NCBI RefSeq assembly: GCF_004010195.1
Contig: NC_057718.1
Coordinates: 38,067,152-38,131,151 of the forward strand
Source: Chiloscyllium plagiosum
Taxonomy: Eukaryota
Direction: 5' to 3'
Length of the DNA stretch: 64,000 nucleotides
Numbering within the stretch: position 1 is the first letter of the stretch; each line of letters opens with the position of its first letter. The translations under genes were made by a program, and so were the position numbers. Below, one piece after another: positions 1-12,079 of the stretch. A model generated the notes under the pieces. That model searched no databases. It saw only the letters and a program-made list of their open reading frames with translations, and was not told the DNA's origin.

Positions 1-14
1 TTCAGTGTTCTAAA

Positions 15-135
15 TTCTGAGGAAGCCACTGATCTGAAAATGTTAACTCTGCTTTCTCTCCACATATGCTGCCAGACCCCTAGGTTTTTCCATTATTTTC
101 TATTTTTGTTTCATATTTCCAGCATCCACAGTTTG
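15..135 (+). mobile_element. Degenerate short Penelope-related terminal fragment (third short family; relatives at ~15525-15670, ~32833-33020, ~53105-53220)
   Basis: Shares ttaactctgctttctctccac..atgctgccagac..tttccagcatc with the other copies in the window; begins with a decayed CTGAnGA...GAAA motif. Confidence 0.5.
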
Positions 136-565
136 TTTTGTTATATTAACTTTAGTGTTATTGCATTACCAAAGCAAAAAGGTCATGAATTCCCTAAGTC
201 CTAACTTTAATGCAACAGTACCTACATGCTGCAATTGCTCTGCAACAGCATGATTATGTGAGTAGTGGAGGAGAGAACCAATCTCAATAGCCGTGCTCTC
301 TGATGTTGAGCAAGCTGTAAACCAAAGCAGACTCATCAAGTGAGGCGTGTTGCTCCAGACACTTTCAATCCTAAGGTGGAAACATGCCTTAGACTTGGAA
401 TAAAATATCAATATTGGTATGGTGACCATAAAACTACTAGATTGATGTTAATAGTCGTCTGGTTTAGAATTCCAGATCCACAACAATCTCATCGACTCAA
501 CCTCCCTCTGAAATGGCAAGAAAACCATTCACTTATATTCCAGAACATGACTTGTATTCACTTGA

Positions 566-1497
566 ATTCACAACCACCTGATGAAGGAGCAGTGCTCTAA
601 AAGCTAGTGTTTTCAAATAAACCTGTTAGACTATAACATGGTGTTCATAGAATCATAAAGATGTACAGCATGAAAACAGACCCTTCGATCCAATCTGTCC
701 ATGCCGACTAGATATCCCAACCCAATCTAGTCCCACCTGTCAGCACACGGCCCATATCCCTCCAAACCCTTCCTATTCATATACCCATCCAAATGCCTCT
801 TAAATATTGTCATTGTACCAGCCTCCACCACTTCCTCTGGCAGCTCACTCTATACACGTACCACCATCTGCGTGAAAAAGTTGTCCCTTAGGTCTCTTTC
901 ATATCTTTCCCCTCTCAAACTAAGCCTATGCCCTCTAGTTCTGGACTCCCTGACCCCAGGGAAAAGACTTTGTCTATTTATCCTATCCTATCCATGCCCC
1001 TCATAATTTTGTAAACCTCTATAAGGTCACCCATCAGCCTCCGACACTCCAGGGAAACAGCCCCAGACTGTTCAGCCTCTCCCTGTAGCTCAAATCCTCC
1101 AACTCTGGCAACATACTTGTAAATCTTTTCTGAACCTTTCAAGTTTCACAATATCTTTCTGATAGGAAGGGGACTAGAATTTCACGCAATATTCCAAGAG
1201 TGACCTAACCAATGTCCTGTACAGCCACAACATGACCTCCCAACTCCTGTACTCGGTACTCTGACAATAAAGGAAAGCATACAAAGCGCCTTCTTCACTA
1301 TCCTGTCTACGTGCGACTCCACTTTCAAGGAGCTATGAACCTGCACTCCAAGGTCTCTTTGTTCAGCAACACACCCTAGGACCTTACCATTAAATGTAGA
1401 AGTCCTGCTAAGATTTGCTTTCCCAAAATGCAGCATCTCGCATTGTGTGATTTTTAACTTTGTACACTCCAGTCTAACACCTGTTCCTCCAAATCAC
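566..1497 (+). mobile_element. Penelope-like 3' terminal fragment split by a CR1 insertion (pieces ~566-645 and ~1443-1497)
   Basis: ctataacatggtgtt|...|gtgtgatttttaactttgtac rejoins into the same terminal sequence seen unbroken at 14177-14266 and 15080-15152. Confidence 0.75.
646..1442 (-). mobile_element. CR1-clade LINE, 5'-truncated 3' end
   Basis: Minus ORF LHFGKANLSRT...EQRDLGVQVHSSLKV; 3' UTR ending in ctatga-type tail repeats. Confidence 0.93.
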
Positions 1498-4400
1498 GTA
1501 CTCGAGAAGGCAGCTCATCATCATTCTCTCACTAGTAATTGGGTGGATTGTGGATGATAGTAGAACTATTGCTTTTTTTTCTTTCCCTTGTCCAAAACCA
1601 CCAGCTGAATTGGTGCCCAATTACCAGTGCCAAGACCTAACAGGAAACTGGAGCTGTCTGGAGTGGTCAGAGCAAAGGCAGATAGCAATCTGACAGAGCC
1701 TGCACATGCTTGCAGAGGAAAGGAGGCATTGCCTTGGAGGACCAGCAGTGTCAATATATATAAAGGTGACAAAGCAGCCAACCTGAGAGATAATCCACTC
1801 AATTTATTACACAAATCTAATTATTGTCGTGTTGGCTCTTCTCAACAATGCATCCAAGTACTTTCCAAAGTTCCACAAACAATTGTAGCCTCAGCAGTAA
1901 TCTGTATAAGGTTAAGAGTACTTGCTTCAAATTGCAGTCAAGTATCGTTCCCATTCTTATAAATGTGGCCTCAGGTGTAATTTCCACAAGGTTAAAATAA
2001 TATGTTGCAACTTGTAATCAAATGGCCTTGAAACATATCCTTCAGCATGACTGGCCATTCTGAGAATAGTTTCAGAATGATTAGAAACTGCATTGGACAA
2101 ATGAAAATGAGATTCATCATGAAATCATATAATTGTACAACACGGAAAGAGACCATTTGTTTCATTGTAGCTATATCAATTGTTTGAAAGAGCTACTCAT
2201 TCAGTCCTACTGCTTGCTCTTTCCCATAATCCTATAATTGTGGCCCTTTGAATACTTACCTAATTCTTTTTTGATAGTTGCCATGGAATCTGCTTCCAAG
2301 ACTCTTTCAGGTAGCATATTACAGATTATAATTAAACATAATACAAAACAATTACCTCAGCTCAAGTTTTTTTCTTAGAATTTTGTTAAAATCATATCCC
2401 GAATTATTGACCTATCTGAGGAAAAAGTAGATTATCCTCATTTACTCAATCAAAAATTGCAAATCTCATCTTCTCTGCTTGAAGGAAAATGCTCATAACT
2501 TCTCGGTGCTCTACATAGAACTGAGGCCTTTCATCTCTGGTTCTTTGGACCATTTCCAGATCCATTACCTGATACAAAAATCTCAATCAGTCTGGACCTC
2601 AAACAACAGAAGTAACACTGCAAGAAAATTAAAATTGAAGTCTCAACAATCCCACCAAGATGATATTTCTCAGTCAATACCTCACTGCAATCCTCTCAAC
2701 CTCCAGCCATCTGAAATTATAGTCAGGCCAAAAGCGCCTGATCACCTTTAAAGTCCAATAAAACAAACATTTGTGAAGAAGTCTTTGGTCTCTCTATCAG
2801 CAAATATTGACTGCTTTGACAAAGGTGACCAAAATATACAGGACCTACTTGAGCAAAGGTGCAAAACGTTTGCAGCCTGAAACTTTGTCAGAACTGAAGG
2901 GAAGAACAGCAATCTTACAGGTGTCTGAAGGCAACAGTACAGCTTAAAACCCTTTATGTAAAGAATAACTAGTGAGTGGAAAGAAAGTAGGAGATTCACA
3001 ACTGTCACAAGATATTTCTAGTGCAGCTACACAAGTTGGTATTCCTCAAATGGGAAGAGAAGTGCATGCCAAGCAATTTCAGAAATGCTGTGTGATGATT
3101 TTATTCAACAGCAGACAAATCTGATTCCAGAATCGACAAAAAGGTCCCTCTCTGCATGCCACAAGGAAGATTATTGCAAGGTTCTTCTTCAGTTGTCCCT
3201 TCCAAGCTGCAGTGTGGTTTTCACCCCTCAAGACGGATAACAGATATGAGCTTCATGTAGTAGCAAATTAAAGAAAAATTCAATCAATAGCACCAACTGT
3301 TGTTCTTGGACTTTTCAATCACACAAAAGCCTATGACAATTAAGAAACCAAAATTGGGGTGAATATTCCCAAAAAGCTATCGATACAAATTAGTCACCAT
3401 CCTTTGCATGTCCAACAATGACATGCAAGTTTTGCTCCTTATCAGTGGAATCACCACAGATCCCATTTTAGTGATGTCTGGAGTCAAGCAAGGCTGAATA
3501 ATTGCATGAACATCTTCTTCATCTTCCTCACTGCTTCATTGAATCTCGTCACCAGAAAATTACCCGTTATCATAAAGGTAATTTACAGAACAAATTCCGA
3601 AACTGCGTTGACTTCAGTATAAAGCCAAAACTATTTCAACTAAAGTCATTAAGCTCAAATACACTGATGCCTGTGTGCTCACATAAAAACGAAGCTCCAT
3701 CCTTCTCTGAAGAAGAGAAGAAAATGGGTCTTTTCATTTATCTTGAAAACTGCATGATTTATATATATTAACATAACTTTTGGAAGGCAAATGTTACCAG
3801 AGAGGCAGATCAATGTAGCTTGTTCTTATGAAAGTTTTCTTTGAAATAAAATCAATGTCAAAGTACTTGTGAAACAGTGACCTTTGTCGAGTGTTCCTCA
3901 GAAAGCAAGTTGCTGTACACCCGTCATGTGTTAATTGAAAATTGTTCTTACTGTACTGATTTATGACACATGGGTAAACATTGAATGCGTGTTTTCGATT
4001 CAGAATAATCAAAGATTGATTTTCGTTTCGAAAACCCAGAGATTGGAGGTATTTTAAATTAATTTGGAAGAGACCTGATTATGGTCAGAAACAAGTTTAG
4101 CTTCTCTCCCCAGTGGAGTTCAGGACAGTTCAGGGAAAACACAGGCATCTCACTAGAAAAGTTTAATTGGTGTAGCTTCAAGGAAAGTTTGTTGAGAAAT
4201 CTAAAGGTTATTAGGAGCTGAGAAGATTTAAGCTCTCAGTTTTTTTGAGTTTTTATACAAAATATATTCCAAACATTCACAGGAAAGTATAATTTTAAAA
4301 TTTGATATGAAGAGGTAATTTCTGTGCAATTGAATATCTGTAAGTTGATGGCCTTAGGAAACAGATTGAAACTCGGTTTGCTATGTATTTTATGATGTAT

Positions 4401-4851
4401 CTAGTCTGTCCTCTGTGTATAGACAGCTTGGTTTTTTTAATTCTATGATTGTGGAATGAACTATTGTTAAAGAAATCCTGCAGCCTTGAGTGAGAATGTT
4501 TCAATGACTGACCACCGCATTAACTAAAATTTTAAAAAATTATGATCAATCAGACACTTTTATTCTGAGATCTGACTTGTCCCGTAGTATCATAAGCCGG
4601 GAAAGCTAAGTTCTATTCAGACCAGCTTTCACAGCACAACACCTCCCTGCCATCAATTAAGGTCAATGAATAAATCCTGGAAATACTAACCACTGTTTAT
4701 ACCATGAGCGCCTCCTCTTGACAAAGAGAGATATAGACATTTAAACTTATCATTGCCTTCAATGTGCTATCTCAGCCTTTGATAGACTGAGGAGAATAAT
4801 ATTTGAGGATCATTAAGTTTCATTAGGCAGCTGTATCATGAATCAGAAGAT

Positions 4852-6567
4852 ATTGGGGGAAGGGAAATTACGATGCAATTAGGAAAGATTTAGGAAGTGT
4901 AGAGTGGGAAAGGAAACTGCAGGGGATGAGCACATTAAAAATTTGGAGCTTATTCAAGGAAAAGCTCCTGTGTGTCCTAAATAAGTATGTACCTGTCAGG
5001 CAGGGAGGAAGATATAGAACGCGTGACCCATGGTTTACTAAGGAAGTAGAATCACTGGTCAAGAAGAAGAAGAAGGCTTATGTTAGGACAAAATGTGAAA
5101 ATTCAGTTAGGGCACTTGAGGGTTACAAGGAAGTCAGGAAAGACCTAAAAAGAGAGCTCAGAAAAGCCAGGAGGGGACATGAGAAGTTGGTGGCGGATAG
5201 GATCAGGGTTAACCCTAAAGCTTTCCATAGGTATGTCAGGAATAAAAGAATGACGAGAGTTAAATTAGGGCCAATCAAGGATAATAATGGGAAGTTGTGA
5301 ATGGAGTCAGAGGAGATAGGGGAAGCACTAAATAAATATTTTTCGACAGTGTTCACTATAGAAAATGAAAATGTTGGCGAGGAAGATACTTGCATCTAGA
5401 CTACAAGAGATTGAGGTTCACAAGGAAGAGGTATTAGAAATACTGCAGAGTGTGAAAATAGACAAGTCCCCTGGGCCGGATGGGATCTATTCTAGGATCC
5501 TCTGGGAAGCAAGGGAAGAGATTGCCGAGCCTTTGGCATTGATCTTCAAATCATCATTGTCTACTGGAATGGTGCCTGAGGACTGGAGGATAGCAAATGT
5601 GGTTCCCTTGTTCAAAAAGGGTAGTAGAGACAACCCTGGTAATTACAGACCAGTGAGTCACACTTCAGTTGTTGGTAAAGTGTTGGAAAAGGTTATAAGA
5701 GATAGGATTTATAACCATCTAGAAAAGAATAATCTGATCAGGGACAGTCAGCACGGTTTTGTGAAGGGTAGGTCGTNNNNNNNNNNNNNNNNNNNNNNNN
5801 NNNNNNNNNNNNNNNNNNNNNNNNNNNNNNNNNNNNNNNNNNNNNNNNNNNNNNNNNNNNNNNNNNNNNNNNNNNNNNNNNNNNNNNNNNNNNNNNNNNN
5901 NNNNNNNNNNNNNNNNNNNNNNNNNNNNNNNNNNNNNNNNNNNNNNNNNNNNNNNNNNNNNNNNNNNNNNNNNNNNNNNNNNNNNNNNNNNNNNNNNNNN
6001 NNNNNNNNNNNNNNNNNNNNNNNNNNNNNNNNNNNNNNNNNNNNNNNNNNNNNNNNNNNNNNNNNNNNNNNNNNNNNNNNNNNNNNNNNNNNNNNNNNNN
6101 NNNNNNNNNNNNNNNNNNNNNNNNNNNNNNNNNNNNNNNNNNNNNNNNNNNNNNNNNNNNNNNNNNNNNNNNNNNNNNCATACAGTGTTTTAGCTTTTAT
6201 TAATAGAGGGATCGAGTTCCGGAACCATGAGGTTCTGCTACAGCTGTACAAGCCTTTGGTGCGGCCGCACTTGGAGTATTGTGTACAGTTCTGGTCACCG
6301 CATTATAAGAAGGATGTGGAAGCTTTGGAAAGGGTGCAGAGGAGATTTACTAGGATGTTGCCTGGTATGGAAGGAATGTCTTACGAGGAAAGGCTGAGGG
6401 CCTTGAGGCTGTTTTTGTTAGAGAGAAGAAGGTTGAGAGGTGACTTGATAGAGACATACAAGATAATCAGAGGGTTAGATAGGGTGGACAGGGAGAGTCT
6501 TTTTCCAAGTATGGGGATGGCAAACACGAGGGGACGCAACTTTTAAGTGAGGGGAGATAGGTATAAG
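4852..6567 (+). mobile_element. CR1-clade LINE ORF2 fragment (reverse transcriptase), spans an assembly gap
   Basis: KSPGPDGIY, WRIANVVPLFKKG, NYRPVS, QHGFVKGRS, RPHLEYCVQFWSP motifs. Confidence 0.95.
5777..6178. other. Assembly gap (N run) inside CR1
   Basis: Run of N. Confidence 1.
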
Positions 6568-7193
6568 ATTTGGTCAGAGTATTGAGTACAGAAGTTGGGA
6601 GGCCATGTTGCGGCTGTATAGGACATTGGTTAGGCCACTGTTGGAATATTGCGTGCAATTCTGGTCTCCTTCCTATCGGAAAGATGTTGTGAAACTTGAA
6701 AGGATTCAGAAAAGATTTACAAGGATGTTGCCAGAGTTGGAGGTACTGAGCTATAACGAGAGGCTGAACAGGCTGGGGCTGTTTTCCCTGGAGTGTCGGA
6801 GGCTATGGGGTGACCTTATAGACGTTTATAAAATCATGAGGGACATGGATAGGATAAATAGACAAAATCTTTTCCCTGAGGTTGGGGAGTCCAGAACTAG
6901 AGGGCATAGGTTTAGGGTGAGAGGGGAAAGATATAAAAGAGACCTAAGGGGCAACTTTTTCACGCAGAGGGTAGTCCATGTATGGAATGAGCTGCCAAGG
7001 AAAGTGGTGGGGACTGGAACAATTGTAACATTAAAAAGGCATCTGGATGGGTATATGAATAGGAAGGGTTTGGAGGGATATGGACCAAGTGCTAGCAGGT
7101 GGGACTAGATTGGGTTGGGATATCTGGTCGGCATGGACCAGTTGGGCTGAGGGGTCTGTTTCCGTGCTGTACATCTCTTTGACTCTATGACTC
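6568..7193 (+). mobile_element. CR1-clade LINE 3' end, second family, abutting the previous copy
   Basis: ORF 6605-7108 (RPLLEYCVQFWSP...FFTQRVV..WNELP) followed by 3' UTR and tail. Confidence 0.93.
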
Positions 7194-7341
7194 CAAGTAA
7201 CAAAGAGGATTGATGAAGGCAGAACAGTCAACATGATCTATATGGACTTCAGTAAGGCGTTCAATAAGGTTCCTCATGGTAGACTGGTCAGCAAAGTTAA
7301 ATCACATGGAATACAAGAAGAACCAGCCATTTGGATACAGA

Positions 7342-8579
7342 GTTAAAAATCACACAACACCAGGTTATAATCCAACAGGTTTATTTGGAAGCACTAGTTT
7401 TGGAGCTCTGCTCCTTTATCAGGTGATTGTGGAGAATAAGATTGTAAGTCACAGAATTTATAGCAAAAGTTTACAGTGTGATGTAACTGAAATTATAGAT
7501 TGAAAAAGGCCTGGATTGTTTATTGAGGCTCTCATCTTTTAGAATGACCATGTTGGTTTCAATTCTTTCATATGTAAATCGCAAAACTTTTTTTTAAACG
7601 TTACATTCTCAAGTGAACTTTAACAATTGGTGTCATGTCGGCCCAGAAATGTATTGAAGGTGTTAGCCCCCTGTGAGGCTCTCTGTGCCACAATGATCAG
7701 ACTGATTCCTGTCTAAAAAATGGATTTACAGCATCTTACATGGATTCATGCAGTTTTTGAGCAAAGTGGAATGTAATTCTGCAAGTACAAATTCACCCCA
7801 CAAACTTTATATGTGTACGTGTGCATGTGGGTGTGTGTATGTGTTGCTGGGAGGGGAAAGGACTTATGAATGTCTGTGAGAGGGTGTGTGTATATGTGTG
7901 AGTGTGAGTGTAAAGGGGTTTAAGTATGTATGAGTGTATGTGAGAGGTTGTGTGTGTATATGTGTATATATAGTGCTATGGGTCACCTGTAGTGTGATAT
8001 GAACCCAATGTCCTGGTTGAGGCATCCCCTAATGGGTACCAAGCTTGGCTATTAGCCTCTGCTTGGCCACTTTCCGTGATTGCCTGTCCGGTAGTCCGCC
8101 TTGGAGGACGGTCACCCGAAGGTCCAAGGTCGAATGTCCCAGACTGCTGATGTGTTCTCCGACAGGGTGTATACACTCCTGTCTGTTGATTGTTCTGCGG
8201 TGTCCATTCATCCGTTGCCGTAGCCCCTGTTTGGTCTTGCAAATGTATGATACTTCAGGGTATCCTTGCCTGCAGCGTATGAGATAGACAACATTGGCTG
8301 AGTCACATGCGTATCTGCCACGTACATGGTGGAAGGTGTCCCCACGCGTAATTGTGGTATCCGTGTCAACATTCTGACATGTCTTGCAGCATCTACCGTG
8401 ACAAGGTTGTATGGTATTGTCCTGAAAGCAGTTTGCTACAAACAATGATCTGTTTGAGGTTTGGTGGCTGTCTAAAGGCGAGAAGTGGAGGTGTAGGGAA
8501 GGTCTTGGTGAGATGCTCATCCTCATTGATAATGTGTTGCAGGCTACAAAGAACATGGCATAGTTTTTCGGCTCCTGGG
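7342..8579 (-). mobile_element. Penelope-like retroelement 3' part (GIY-YIG endonuclease end plus 3' UTR)
   Basis: Minus ORF 8029-8556: C..CKTC, NVVYLIRC...YICKT...LRQRMNGHR; flanked by ~13-bp TSD atttgg(a/g)tacaga at 7329-7341 and 8580-8592. Confidence 0.92.
7808..7972. repeat. Imperfect (TG)n/(TA)n microsatellite inside the Penelope 3' UTR
   Basis: gtgtgtgtatgtgt... tracts. Confidence 0.8.
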
Positions 8580-9644
8580 ATTTGGGTACAGAACTGTCTC
8601 AAAGGTAGAAGACAGAGGGTGATGGTGAAGGTTTGCTTTTAAGATTGGAGGCTGGTGACCAGTGATGCGCCACAAGGATCAGTGCTGGGTCCACTGCTTT
8701 TCATCATTTATCCAAGTGATTTGGATGTGAGCATCAGAGGTATAATTAGTAAGTTTGGAGATGACACCAAAATTGGAGGTGTAGTGGACAGCAAAGAAGC
8801 TTAGTTCAGAGTACAATGGGATCTTGATCAGATGGGCCAGTGGGCCAGATGGAGAAGTAGCAGATGGAGTTTAATTTAGATAAGTGTGAGGTGCTGCATT
8901 TTGGAAAGGCAAATCAGGGCAGGACTTATATACTCAATGGTAAGGTCCTGGAGACTGTTGCTGAACAAAGAGACCTTGGAGTGCAGCTTCATAGTTCCTT
9001 GAAAGTGGTATGGTATGCTTTTCTTTATTAGCAATGTGTAGGGGTTGGAAGGTCATGCTGCAGCTATACTGGACATTGGTTAGATCACTTTTGGAATATT
9101 GCATGCAGTTCTGGTCTCCCTCCTATAGGAAGGATGCTGTGAAACTTGAAAGGGTTCAAAAAAGATTTACAAGGATGTTGCCAGGGTTGAAGGGTTTGAG
9201 CTTTAGGAAGAGGCTGAATAGACTGTGGTTGTTTTCCCTGGAGTGTCAGAGGTTGAGGGATGACCTTATAGAGATTTACAAAATCATATGGGGCAATGAT
9301 AGGGAAAATACACAAGCGCTTTTCCTTGAGGTGAGGGAGTCCAGATTGAGAGGGCATAGTTTATGGTGAGAGGGGAAAGATTTAAAAGCAACCTAAGGTG
9401 CAACTTCTTCACGCAGAGGGTGGTGCATGTATGGAATGAGCTGCCAGAGGAAGTGGTGGAGGCTGGTACAATTACAACATTTAAAAGGCACGTGGATGGG
9501 TATATGAAGAGTAAGGGTTTAGAGAGATATGGGCGAAGTGCTGGCAAATGGGATAAATTAGGTTAGGATAGCTGGTTGGCATGAGTGAGTTGGACCGATG
9601 GGTCCATTTTCATGCTGTACATCTATATGACTCTTTGACATCAA

Positions 9645-10440
9645 GGCAGAATTTGCCCCAGCAAACCTGAAGTCATTGGGAATCATAGGAAACTGTCCAC
9701 TGGTTGTAGGCATACTTTGCATAAAGGAAAATGGTTGTGAGTTAATCATTCCCAGAATACTGTTGCAGGGGTTCCTCAGGAAAAAGTCCGAGGCCCACCA
9801 TTTCCAGCTGCTTTATCAGTGACTTTCTCATCATCGTTAGGTCAATAGTGGAGATGATTTCACATTGTTCAGCAGCCTTCCTGATTCCTCAAATAACAGT
9901 GTCCTTATGAAGCAATATCTAGACAATATCCAGACACTCGCTTATAAATGGCAAGTAACATTTGCACCAAACAAACATGAGGTAATGATCATCTTAATAA
10001 GAGGGAATCTAACTTCACCCTGACATTCAACACCATCACCATCACTGAATTTCTTACTAGGAACATCCTTGCAGTGACCAATAACAAGAAAGTGCACTTG
10101 GACAAGCTGTGTAAAAAACATGGCTATAACTGCAGTTCGGAGGCTCCAACAACACTAGAGAAGATCAACACCATCCCTGACAAAGCAGCTGCTTGATTGG
10201 CATACTGTCCACTACCTTCAGCTTTCACTTCCTTCACCATTGATACAAAGAGTCTACCACCTACAAGATGTGCGACAGCAATTCATCAAGGCTATTCAAC
10301 ATCACAAAGCCATGTCCTTTATTTCCTCGAAGGATGAGGCAGCAGCTGAATGAAAATACAATCACCTGCAATTTCACTTCAAATCATGCAATAAATGTAG
10401 GCTTAGCCAGTGATCCCCATATTTCATGAATGAACAAAAG
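9645..10440 (+). mobile_element. Old, degenerate non-LTR retroelement (CR1/L2-like) 3' portion
   Basis: Remnant GVPQ (ggggttcctcagg) and KWQVTFAP (aaatggcaagtaacatttgcacca); tail resembles 52065-52125. Confidence 0.6.
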
Positions 10441-12079
10441 GAAACGGTCCATTTGTCAACTATTTTTATATTACCTATTGCCTTTTCTTGATCATATATT
10501 TGCAGTTTATTATAAGATTAAGTAGATAGTAATTAAGGTAATTAAACTGTAAAATTCAAGGGCCTCAAACTACACCACACAAGGCTAACCCCGTCCTGCA
10601 AGAATCGATGACCCCAATGTTCAGTTCTGTTCTGACACAAGTGTCATGTTATGGAGCCAGAGCCCTCAGAATCACAGTTACACTGTCTCTGATCTCTGTC
10701 TTGAACAATGGGAATGGCATGCCATACATGTATGAGGAGCTTGCGCAGTGTATGGATCATGACGTTGAACGATCTGTCAGGCTGATTTGCAAAATTAGAT
10801 CACAGCATGGTCAATGAATTCTGTAAGAGGCACTCCCACATGCGTGCTGTTTTAAGACTTAGCCATCCAACTTGTGGGTGAAGTGCTTTTGACCTAGCAT
10901 TATGACTCAAAGATTTATGGAAGTATTGTGGTGTTCTGATGAATTGCTGGACTTAGAAGGGAGCATTGCTGCATCCTCACAGAGAAGGCAGAGTAGGTTT
11001 CAGAAAAAAAACTGTTACAATTGTGAAGTTTGTAGTTGCAGGATCTGTTTACAACATGACATGTAGTTAAAGCTGAAGGCAAGGTCTGCAGTGGGAGAAT
11101 TGAGAGGTCATTCCATTAACAGGTAGAACTAACAAATGTTTTCACCTGCCACTGCCTCAACCCAGATCAATGATGGAGTTGTCTTAGTTTCACCAATGAG
11201 ATGGTCATAGAACTGTCACTTTCTTTAGCAGAACTTACAAATAAGCAGCAGTATGAGGACAGTGCTGCTAATGGCTGTCAAGATCACTATTGCCACCGTC
11301 TCTGCATGACTGGACTCTTCCAGGCAGGAGCATGTGACTTTGTAAACATAAGTCTGTTTCCTCAGGATTTGTGAGGTGGGTGGAAGCCTTCTTTGCTAGG
11401 AAAGTCCTTCAACTGGAGAGAATAGAATGAGTGGGCATATGGCTCCTCTAAGGCCATGGGACTCTCAATGATGCAGAGGGCTACCAGTGGCATGCAAGTT
11501 GCTGCATGTATTTATATGTAAATTGAAACAGTCACAAGATTCCAGTAACATGCATTTGGTATGTGAGCATACCCCAACCAGTGAATGCCTACTATCATAG
11601 CTGCAGCCTTGACACTAATACAGGTAATCACAATGTTGTTGGACTACCTGGAAGAAACAGAGAGGGTACTTGTCAGAAACTCACCTTTGTCATCCAATCA
11701 CATGAGGATTAGTGGGCCAATAATGAAAGGTAAATTTGCACTGGAACTATTGTGAAGAGGGACATTGATGTTCCCATGCAACTCTGTGATCCCTGAATCA
11801 CTAACAGCGATATGAAAACTATTCATTGAAACATGTCTCCAAGTTTGGACTGGTCTTCTGTGCCTTCCAAAACTTCAGTGCAGCCATCCGCAGGTAATTA
11901 GAGATCACCTTGGAAGAAGGAGATGCAAAGATGAAGGTAAGATACATCTGGATCTCTTCGCTCCAAGTGAGCTGACTGTGTGCGTCGACAGGTATTCTGG
12001 TAACTCGAGAACTTTGTCCTTTAAATATCATCATTCCACAATTCCCACCTCCCCATATATCTACTGTGTTCTAAGAAAG

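Larger units (their letters stand above)
7195..9636 (+). mobile_element. CR1-clade LINE (RT to 3' UTR) interrupted by a Penelope-like element at 7342-8579
   Basis: DFSKAFNKVPH before the insert; WVQNCLKGRRQRV, PQGSVLGP and C-terminal motifs after it. Confidence 0.92.

Noticed and set aside
2919..3706. Minus-strand splice-like signals (acceptors at ~2969 and ~3707, donor at ~2918)
   Set aside because: Very short putative exons with no recognisable coding content; such motifs arise by chance at this density
5365..6546. Long ORFs spanning 5.4-6.5 kb
   Set aside because: Their length is an artefact of the N gap within a CR1 copy
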